From contig MU057786.1 of the NCBI GenBank assembly GCA_013265495.1, positions 124,001 through 188,000 of the forward strand: a stretch of 64,000 nt of DNA, given 5' to 3'. A program made the position numbers and the translations under genes. Shown here piece after piece: positions 53,531-64,000 of this stretch (position 1 is its first letter; every line of letters begins with the position of its first letter). The stretch comes from Vicugna vicugna. Taxonomy: Eukaryota. The notes under the pieces are model-generated. The model saw only the letters and a list, made by a program, of their open reading frames with translations. It had not been told where the DNA came from and did not search any database.

Positions 53531-55001
53531 ATCTGGTTGTGGCGATGGCAGCCTAATCCTGGACAGTCCCAGAGTTTCCCATGGCCCAAGTGTTGGGGGC
53601 TGGCAGATGGCCTGGGTGGTGGGAGCCAGAGGAGAAGCCTGGGCAGCGGTGTGTTGGGGCAGTGTGTGTGCGCAGGCTGAGCGGGATTTGACCAACGGAG
53701 GGAGAACCGGGAGAGAAGAGGAGACAGGAGAGGAGGAGGGGGCCGGTGGATGGGGAGTGTGTGGGAGTTGGTAGCAGCATGGGAGAAATCCCAGGAAGTT
53801 GGGCCGGGTTAGGGGATTGACAGTGGTTGCTTTTAGGGAGCTCTTCTGCAGTCGCCTTTCCGGAAGTTGGGAAAGACCATCGAGCCCAGAGAAACTGGGG
53901 GTTGGGAGGTGTGAGAAGGCAGGAATGATGGGACAGGCCAGGCAGGGATGTGAGGGGTGGTGAGGGACTAGGCCTGGGCTTGGTGTGCTGCAGTTCCCCC
54001 GGCAGGGGCCAGGGCCAGTCCTGCTTCCCAGTGGTGGGTGGTGGTGGGGGGCGCTTGGGTCTTGGGTCTTGTGGTCAGCATTGCGGCTCTGGGTATAGCA
54101 TGGAAGGGTACCTCCCTCCTCCTGCCCAGCCCCCAGCTCCCAGGATCACTGGGCCCAGCCCTGGGACTACGGTGAACCTCAGAGCCTGGAGGGGAGGAAG
54201 GACTCCAGAGTTGTGCAGGCTGCAGGGCCAGGCTCTGGCGAGTCTGACGGATCTTAGCTGCAAGTGCACAGAGTCAGCCAAGGCGGTGCTAAGAACGCAA
54301 AGGGCCAGCCGGAGGCTGCCCGGGAGGAGATGTTCATGGTTCAAGAGCAGCTCCTTCTGGCTCCTCAGCCTTGCTGTGTCAGAAGGCAAGGTGTCCAGGG
54401 ACATTCTCTTACCCACCGGACCCCCAGTGTACTTGGAAGAAGAAAAAGCGGGGAGGGATGGAGAACAGGAGGCAGAGCCCAGGCAGCCAGGCTGGGACTG
54501 AGCTGCCTGTCATCAGTCATCAAAAGCCCCTACATAACAAAGCCCCCTGACACAGGAAAGCCACTGTGGACCTGCTTGCTCAGCTCCATGCCAGCAGGGA
54601 AGAAGGAAGTCATCAGTCAATTTTTGGGATGGGGACTGGGGTCATTGCCCTGCGGGGGAATTTTCTGGCTCCTAGGATGGCACTTACGGGGCCATGTCAG
54701 GGCATTTAGGAGCTGCCTGAGGTCATGCCAGCTTGGCTCAGTCCATTATATGGGGGCATGTCTGGTACATAAGGTGGCTTGATTGTGAGACACTTGTGTG
54801 ACCTGGCGGCAGCATGTATCATGTGCATGTGTAACTCATGTCAACTGTGTTGGCATACGGGGGCGGGCATATTTCTGTGCTGGTGGACTGAGGAGAGCCT
54901 TAAACTATCCTATCTGGCTAGAACTCCAGCCCAGAACTCCCACCACCTGGCAACCTGCAGTCCTGCCAGCACCATGACCCAAGGGCCAAGGGTAGGGGTG
55001 A

Positions 55002-55990
<989 letters not shown>

Positions 55991-57644
55991 CCTTTAGCTT
56001 TTCCCTTCTCTCTGCTGCGCTCCCTCCCACTGGATGTGAGCCTGGGTTCTGGGACTTGTGTGTCTCCCCCACGACGCCTGCTTTCTCATCAAGGCTCTGA
56101 TACCTGATCTCAAGGCCCCTCATATCTGCCCAGCCCAGGGCCCCTTTCCTCTCCTCTGCCCCTAAATCCATGGGTTTGACTCCAGGCCCTTATACCTGGG
56201 AATATTGAGGACAGAGGGCACCGCTGGTGGCACAGGGTGCAGGGATTTCTCCCAGGAGGAAGTGACAGGACAGTGGGTGTACGGTGGAGGTGGGCTGGCT
56301 GAGGGCTCCAGGAAAGTTTTCTCTCTCCCCCATCCCCCAGCCCCTCGCAAGCCCTGGGCTATACGTGGCTGCTGGTCTCTTGGGGACCTCCAAAGATAGG
56401 GTGACTCAGTGAAAGGTCTAATCTGAGTCTAGAAGTTCGGTGCTGGGGAGAACTTCTTGCTGGAAGGAGGTTTTGGGGGAGCCTTCTATTCTTGAGTGTA
56501 GCAGAGGAGAAGAGGGCCCAGCTCTGGGGCCTGAAGGTCCAAGGATGTCTTGAGGTAGTCGTAAAAACCTGGAGTCCTGAATGTGTTTTGGGGGTGGTGG
56601 TGAGTGAGGTGAAGCTGGTGTTGTCTGTCATGGAAACTGCTGCTCCCAGATGTCCACTGATGTTCACTGAGATACGGGAGGAGGAATCCCTGTCCTTCTT
56701 TGCTGTTAGATCATGCCCGACCTGCAGTCCCTGTCCCCACACACCCTGCCTCTGGATGTCTTTCTGTGTGCCCTTATTAGGAGAATTGCCAGTGCTTGGG
56801 GTGGGCTCTAGCTAGGGGAGGGCGGGGCCTCCTTAGGCGGGAAAGACCCTAGCTGGGGTGGGAATCTGTGGTGACCCAGGCTTTTCCAGTTACACAGCAC
56901 AGTTTTCACAGTGCCTTTTGCTCCCTTGACAATGTACACACACGCTTGTCTCTATGGACATTCGTTCTTTTTGAGCTCAGGAGCTGAGGACTCAGTTGGG
57001 GAGCACATATTTTCCTGCTCCAGGGAGCTCACAGTGTGACAGCGATGCCACCTGTGTTCGCCATGGTGTTTTGGCCCTTCCACCTTCTCTGTTGACGTAC
57101 CTGGTTTCCGTTGACTTCCTCTCAGCTGTGTTGCGTATTCCATGCTCACTCATTTTGCTCCGAATGATGCTGATCTCCACGCCCCTTCCCTGCCCCGCAG
57201 CAGGTCCCCAGAGACTGAAGATAATGCCTTTGCCCCGGGTTACAGTCTCAGGCAGGTAACACACATGGGTGAGCTGGGCTGCTGGGCCTGGAAGGACCCA
57301 GAGTGTAGGGTCTGGAGAGGTCTTCTCTGTCAAAAGCAGCAGCTGTTCCACAGCTTCAGCCGATTTTGTCATTTTGGAGTGAAAATCCTAGTGTTAAAAT
57401 TGTGCTGACTTTTTTTTTTTTAAGAAGAGCCCCAAATCTGGACCTTAATGTAAAACCTGATTTCTAACTGTTGTCAACTGATCAAACAATTTCAGCAACA
57501 CAGTACAAGCCAAAGAAAATGGAGCCATGGGCCATTTAGCCTTCAAGCCCTAATGCAGTTTTGTCCTGGAGACACAGGGCTTTACCTGGGGACCTTTTCT
57601 GGGTCTCAGTTTCCCTCTTTGTATAACTGGAAAAATGTCTCAGT

Positions 57645-57797
57645 GGGAGGGTATAGCTCAGTGGCACAGTGCATGCTTAGTGCACAGGAGGTCTGGGGTT
57701 CAATCCCCAGTACATCCATTAAAAAAACAGACAAACAACAAAACCCTAATCTCTCCCCCAAATAAATAAATAAAATATAAAAATTGAAAAAAAAAAA
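57645..57797 (+). mobile_element. tRNA-derived SINE (camelid vic-1-like), full length
   Basis: gggagggtatagctcagtgg (A box) ..ggttcaatcccc (B box) ..ccattaaaaaaa..cctaatctctccccc plus A-rich tail; imperfect flanking repeat aaaaa..ctcag. Confidence 0.88.
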
Positions 57798-58419
57798 CCT
57801 CAGGCTCTAAGGATGGGTGGCTGACACAGTCACAGGAGGGTGTGAGAGTGCGTGTGTGCACATCCGAAACTAGAGAGCTGGATGCTGGTGGCTGACAGTT
57901 GTCCAGGCAGAAGAATACTGACCAGGGGTTGTTGGGCTGCCCTCTGCCCATAGGGCATGTGCTGGTTAAAGTTGGCGGGCTTTCAACTGAGAAGCCACGT
58001 GGGCAGAAATCCACATTGTTATCTGTGACCTTTCGAAGCCCTGGGATGTTACCCGGGATGGGAGGAGCCAGCCCCTTGGGGGCCTTCAGGAGCGTAGAGC
58101 TGGGCACCAAGGCTCCCTCTCCCTGGCCTGAGGCTTGGCTAGGTAGGTGCTCAGCCCACTAGGTGTCCTCTGTGCTCCGTAGGGTGCTGTCCATCCCGTG
58201 GCTTGGCCCTGCTTGATAGATACCTCATCTCTCTCCTGGGCCTGGACAGTCAAAGAGCAGCAGAACATGGGTGGTAGGCACAGTTTTGCTGGGAAAGGAA
58301 AGGACTTCTTGGCTGGGGAGTGGCCAAGGCTTAGAGCAAAGGCAGACGGGTTCAGTCTCATTGTGGACCCCCTGGTGGAGCTGGGATTGAGCTGAGGCTG
58401 CCCTATTTTGGCCTGAGAG

Positions 58420-58660
58420 GCAGCACCATGCAGGAAGTAAGAACTTGGCTTCTGGTGCCCAAGAAATTGGGCTCAGATCTTGCTTGCTTCCTGTGTAGTG
58501 TGATCCTGGGGGAGGCCTGGCCCTGTTCAGAGCTTCTGTTCATGAGCCTGTTAAGAGGGAGCACTCACAGTACCCGCCTCCTGGGGTTATTGGGAGGATT
58601 AAATGAGACGTGTATGAATCGTCTGTGGAAGACCTGCGGTAGGTGTTCAGTAAACACTAA
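58420..58660 (+). mobile_element. MIR SINE, degraded
   Basis: tagtgtgatcctggg..gggttattgggaggattaaatgaga..ggtaggtgttcagtaaa. Confidence 0.6.
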
Positions 58661-59159
58661 TTCCCTCTCCGTTCCTTGACCAACTGCGAATCCATCTCAG
58701 CTTCTCTGGAGGCTGTTGGTATTTCCAGCTGCCTCACTGCTTCAGCTAGTGAATTCCTTGAGAGCGGACCCTAACTGACCTTTTTATTTCCAGCTTTTTA
58801 CTTAACTTTTCCCCTCCTGATTATAAAAGAAATGCCTTGCAACAATGAGTGTGAATTAATTTAAAAATGTACAAAAGGAAAAGGGCAGTGCGTGCTCATT
58901 ATCTAAAATGTGGAAGGTACAGGGAAGCAGCAAGAGACAGAACAGAATCATTCTACCACTGTTATTTCCTTCTAGTCTTTTTTCACTAGTCTTTTTTCAC
59001 TGACTGAATTTCATAAGTGCTGAGAGCTCCTATTCTGTTCAGTTGTATATTTTGAGTTTTTAAATTTTTCATTTATCATTGGCTTTTTTGGAAATCACTA
59101 TGAACTATTGGTAAACATTACTTTTAATGGCTGTGTATATTTTTCAATATTCAAAACAG

Positions 59160-60195
59160 CTTTTTTAAAGAAAAACAGTGGAAACATTTGTGCTAAGATA
59201 TGTTTAAGTATTTAATGAAGAAAACAAGAAACTCAGCTTTGGCTTGCTGGTCCTAAGCTTTATACCTGCAACTTCTTCAGGCTGGTTTTGTACAAGCTTC
59301 TTACAAACTACCTTTAGAGGCAGTTGGTCTGTTGAATGTAAAAGATTGGATCACTTTTAATACAATATGCATTTGGTGAGGATTTAAAGTTAGCAGATGA
59401 TAAACAGAAGTGATGTTTAAAACTCTAAAAATGTTGTATCTCAGATTTAGTTGGCAAAGTCCATATTAACAGTAAGTGTGAAAATTTGTCTTCTAGATAC
59501 TAGAAGAGATACTAATTTGTTAAATAAAAAAAATTTCATGTTGCTTTAAAGTGCCTGCTGAAGGAAATGATTACATAAATGCATAAATGCATAAAAGAAC
59601 TGGCTGAACACGAGTCTCCTCCATTCCCAATATTACCTTTTACTGTAAGTAAAAGACTTGAGTTATTGACTATGCTGTAGATACATCTGTCATAGAGAGG
59701 AGAGATAACAATTTAGGGAAGAGGAAGAAAAAAGGAGCGTATGTGAGGCAATATTCCTTTTAGTTACAATAAGCACAAAAATGTTTCAGGAAGACAAGGT
59801 AAAAATCAACCAAGTGTAGCTTGGTGTTCACAGAATAAACCAGTAAAACAATGAAATAAAATGAAAGGAAAGTGCAGTGAGTTTGTTGGTGTCTCTCTGA
59901 TGGTCTTGATCGTATTATAGTGGGCGCTCTTAGGTGCCCTTCCCCTCGTGCTCCATGACATCTGCTAGATGGTCTCCCTCCTTGACACCTCTGGTAGCTT
60001 CCTCGGCTTCCCTTCAGAATGAGAGGTCCCGTTGAGGTTGAATTTTTGTAGCCCCTGCTGACAGACCCATTGTTCTCTCTGGGAAAGTCTTTCTTTGGTC
60101 CCTGCCCGGAAGACACTGCCAGCATCTCCCTGGGTGTGACCTTAGTGTCATTAAAGACGCTTGCAGGCCCACCGCCACCATACCCATCCACTCGG
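59160..60195 (-). pseudogene. candidate processed pseudogene fragment (coding C-terminus plus AT-rich 3' UTR), parent unidentified
   Basis: Gly/Arg/Ser-rich minus-strand ORF 60191-59760 grading into about 650 bp of non-repeat AT-rich sequence, with ATTAAA (59216-59211) and an A-run (about 59167-59160). Confidence 0.4.
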
Positions 60196-60725
60196 CTGCA
60201 TTATTTTTTCTCTTGGTGCTGGAACAAATTTTACCACAAATTTGCTGGTTAACAACGGACATTTATTATCTTATAGTTCTGCAGGTCAGAAGCCTGACAT
60301 GGGTCTCACTGGGCTAAAATCAAGGTGTCATCAGTGCCGATTCCTTCTGGAGGCTCTAGGAGAGAATCCATTTTCTTGTCTTCTCAGCTTCCGGAGGCTG
60401 CTTGCCTGCGTTTGCTCCTGGCTCCCTTCCTCCATCTTCAAAGCCAGCCGTGGTGGGTGGGGTCCCTCTCAGGGTGGGTCCCGTCTGTCCTCACACCTCC
60501 TCTGCCTCTGGTTCTTCTGCCTGCCTCTTCCCAGGACCCTTGTGATTGCATTGCCCCCCCCCCCAATCATCCCGGCTGATCTCCCTGTCTCCAAGCCAGC
60601 TGATAAGCAACCTTAATTCCACTGCAACCTCGATTCTCCTTTGCCATGTAGCCTGGCATGTTCCTGGTTCCGGGATGAGGACGGGGATATCTCTGTGGGC
60701 CTGTGGGTGCCTGTTGTGGCCAGGG
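60195..60725 (-). mobile_element. MLT1-type LTR
   Basis: atttattatcttatagttctgcaggtcagaag..gggctaaaatcaaggtgtc..ttccttctggaggctctagg agagaatcc..ctttgccatgta..ggttccgggatgaggac. Confidence 0.8.
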
Positions 60726-63700
60726 CGTGCTGTGACCCTTCCCTTTCTTCTGCACGGTTGGCTGCCCTCTTGCTTACTGGCTGGCATCTTCTTGTCACTT
60801 GGGGTGTATGGCCATGGTTCCCTGTCTATCAGACTCACTCTGGAGGTGGCACACTGTAAGCCTGCAGGCCTCTACAGACTTACCTGTGCTCTCCCGTGAC
60901 ACCCTGACTTCCTTCCCTGGGCCTGGAACCTGTCTGTGCCTAAGGAAGATCCTAGAGGAATGTGCTTTGTGAATAGCCAGACTGTTTCAGTCTGTGTCAC
61001 CCATGCAGGGCCATGACCTCTGTTTCTTTGAGGCTGGGTTCTCCAAACCCCCTTCCTCTCCCCATCCTCCACCCCATTCACCTAGAGCCCAAGGCGGGGT
61101 CCTTGCAGAGGTTAGGCTGCCACCCAGGGGCTCCTGCCCGTGACGCTTCAAACCAGAAGATGGCTGTGGCCGTGGCTGCGGGTGCTGATGGCCACTCAGT
61201 AGAGCTGGGCTGGGGACGGACGGGGAGCCATCTGGTCCCCTCTCTGGATTTCTAACAAGCCTGTGGCTCTGTGAGGGAATAACTGCCCACTTCCCTCATC
61301 TGAACTAGCAGGCTTCAGAGTTTCCCCTCGTTCTAAGGTCACACACAAGCGTGCACACAGACACACACACACACACACTTTATAGACTCTACTCCTGCCC
61401 TCCCCACATCCCCATATTTTGGTTCTAAAGGCTCCCTTTCAGTATCTCTAATGCCATGTTCTTGTCCCCAGATTGGGAGGTTGGATGTAGCTGGCAGTGA
61501 ATAGGTGGGCAGCCTATGCCAGGCATGTGGGGAGGAGGCCACGGGTCTAGTGAGAGCTGCCATTCTTCCCCTTCCTGGTGACATGGGAACTTTAATAACC
61601 TTCCTGTCTAGAGCGGAGTGTTGGGGCCATTTCTCCAGGTTTCTCAGCCTTGGGTGTCCTCCTTAACACTCAAAGCCACATCGTGGAAGGGCCAACAGAC
61701 TCTCCAGATTCTTGTAGTTGTCAGGTCAAAAATCCCCTAGCCTTGTCCCCTCCAACAGCCATCTCCTCTCTTTACTCAGCCTTTTCACTGCCCAGAAAAT
61801 GCTGTCACCTAAAAACTTGGAACAGTGAGTCTGTGCTGCTTATTTCCAAACCATTTCTAACCCAGCCTGATCCCTGGATATGAATCATTTTAGACTTGGC
61901 AACCCAGGGAAGAGCCAGTTTGTCCCTACTCTTTGGTTTTGTTCTGTAGTTCCTTTTGTATCAGTCAGGATAGAGTAAGTTACACTGTCGTAACAAATAC
62001 TCTCCAAGTCTAGTGGCTTTAGCATAGCACTCATTTATCTCCTGCTCATGCTACTTGTCCATCGTTGGTCATTTAGGAGCTTGGCTCATCATGATCACTC
62101 AGCTTACATATTGCTAGTTGCTATACTAGAGGGAAAGAGAGCTCTGGGGGTCTCCGCCTGGATGTGACACATCTCACTTCTATTTATAACTAGTCGTGTG
62201 GTTCCAACTAGTCTTAAGGGATCCAGGAAGCACAGTCCTGAGATCTGCCTAGAAGGAGGAGAACTGGAAATATTTGGTGAATGACACAAGTATCTACTAC
62301 CCAATTCACATCAAAACAGCCCTCCCATTTCCTTGCTGACTCATTAAAATGACAACAGTGAAACAAACAAACAAACAAACCAAAAAGAATTGTAGGTACT
62401 GGATCCTGGTTGGACCAAATGCATGGCTCCTGTCAGTTACCCTTTGCCCACTTGTTTAACTTGTCTCCCTGCTCCAGAAAGCACCGGGCAGCCCTTTGGT
62501 GTAGTGGGTAGTCAGGAACCCTGGGTCCTCAGCCCTGCCAGGCTCTCAGGAGAGAGCCAGTCTTGTATCTACCAATCCTGTCTTCTGTGAACTAGGGTCT
62601 AGACAGGCCCAGTTCTCAGATGACTTGTGCTCAGTGCTTCCTAAGTAATGAGGTGAAGATTGGCATTCCGGCTCATCTGGTGCTGGCACCAGCACCCATG
62701 GGCCCCTACTGCTGGGCTTCAGCAAGCCTGCACTTCCTGTGGACTCAGAAGGCCTCCCTGTGACCCTGTTTCTTCTTACAGACACCTCCTGCCCCCACTT
62801 CCCACACAGCAGTACTTCTCTGTCTTTTGCTGCAGCATCGGGGCTGGAGTGGAGACTCACCTCTGCCACGGGCTGTCCTGTGACAGCTCCCCTCTCTGGG
62901 GGTCTGGCCTCTGAGAGGCATGGGGCTCAGGAAGGCATCTGGGTCTGTGTTCCATATCCCATCAGTTGGGTTCTCTAAGACCTTCCTCCCAGCCTATGAA
63001 TGGCCAGTTTTCTGGCTGATGGCCACAGGCTGGGGAGAGAAAGACCCTGGGTTCTCCCTTCTAGGCCTGAAGCACAGGCAGGGTAGCTGGGAGGTGATTA
63101 GATGGCCCTCTTCTATCTGTTTCTGGGCCCAGTCTGTGGGCGGGGCAGACTCCCAGCAGGTAAAGCTGGGAGCTGCCCACTGGGGTCCAGGGTGGTCCTC
63201 ATCCCAGGCTGTGCCTCGTCCTCCAGCCAGATCTGGGGCATATGGCCCTGACTGGCCCTGTCTACCAAGCTTGCTTCCCTTACATTAGTTCTTTGCCAGA
63301 CCCAGCAGACGCAGCCAGATGCTGCAGCTCCGTCTCTGCCTGCCCTGTTCGTGCTCCTGCTCCTAGCAGTGCTCAGCCTGGCCCTGCCGTGCCTCTGCGT
63401 GAGAACAGACGTAGCGTCCACAAGCCGATGGGGTGGGGGTGGGAGTTGGGCAAGAGTCTTGCTGCTGTCACATGCAGACCGGGGTTCCCGATGCTGCTCT
63501 GTGTCTCACTCTGGGCAGGCTACCACAGTTTCCTTGAGTGGAAGTTGGGGTTAATGACACAGGACCCTGGGACGGTCAGTGGAGGAAATGCACTAAAAAG
63601 CCCAGTTAAGGGCCAGGCACAGAGGTTGAGATGGTTGCTGTAGTGCCAGCCTGAGTGGTCCCAAGGGGCTCTTGGCCTCTTTCCACTTCCTGACCTGGGC

Positions 63701-64000
63701 TGGGCAGGCTCTCCCAAGCCCTGCCCCATTTAGGGGAGCTGAGAGTTAATCCCGGCCTTGCTGGTGTCCCAGAAAAGTGGGGAAGCAGGTTAATACTGAC
63801 GATGTGACTCACATAGAGGCTGCCTGGAGCCACCAGTGTGGGTGGTGCTCTGGGAACCCGTAGCCCGTCGCTGCATGGAACTGCAGCCTTCTGCAGCCTC
63901 ACAGCTCTGAGTGCGCATCGGGGCCAGAACCCAGCCCGCCTGGCCCAGCCCCCGAGCAGCCTGCTGTAGAGCCCATAACTTGCTCTATTTGGCGGGCAGG

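Noticed and set aside
57645..57717. tRNA-like sequence with A and B boxes
   Set aside because: Followed by a SINE body and A tail, with an imperfect cloverleaf; it is a SINE head, not a tRNA gene

Overview
Mammalian genomic DNA, probably camelid: two tRNA-derived SINEs resemble the camelid vic-1 family. The window is rich in L1, L2, MIR, MLT1/ERV LTR and Tigger repeats. Two gene-like loci are present. (1) The 5' end of GRID1 (glutamate receptor delta-1, + strand): a CpG-island promoter, coding exon 1 at 52741-52819, exon 2 at 55057-55212, and the start of intron 2. (2) About 24 kb upstream, on the - strand, an intron-containing RALGDS-like paralogue with six coding exons (28302 to about 24630; 266 codons when spliced). 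It has a non-RALGDS Cys-rich N-terminus, a complete REM/RasGEF_N domain and a Pro/Ala/Glu linker. It stops before any CDC25 catalytic or RA domain and carries one in-frame TGA at codon 35. Other points of note are an out-of-frame overlapping uORF in GRID1, a dense TF-motif cluster about 8 kb upstream of GRID1, a candidate retrocopy in GRID1 intron 2, and an unexplained ~0.8 kb insert with a long ORF that splits an L1. Gene and repeat identities come from my recall of those sequences, not from database searches. Repeat boundaries are approximate.
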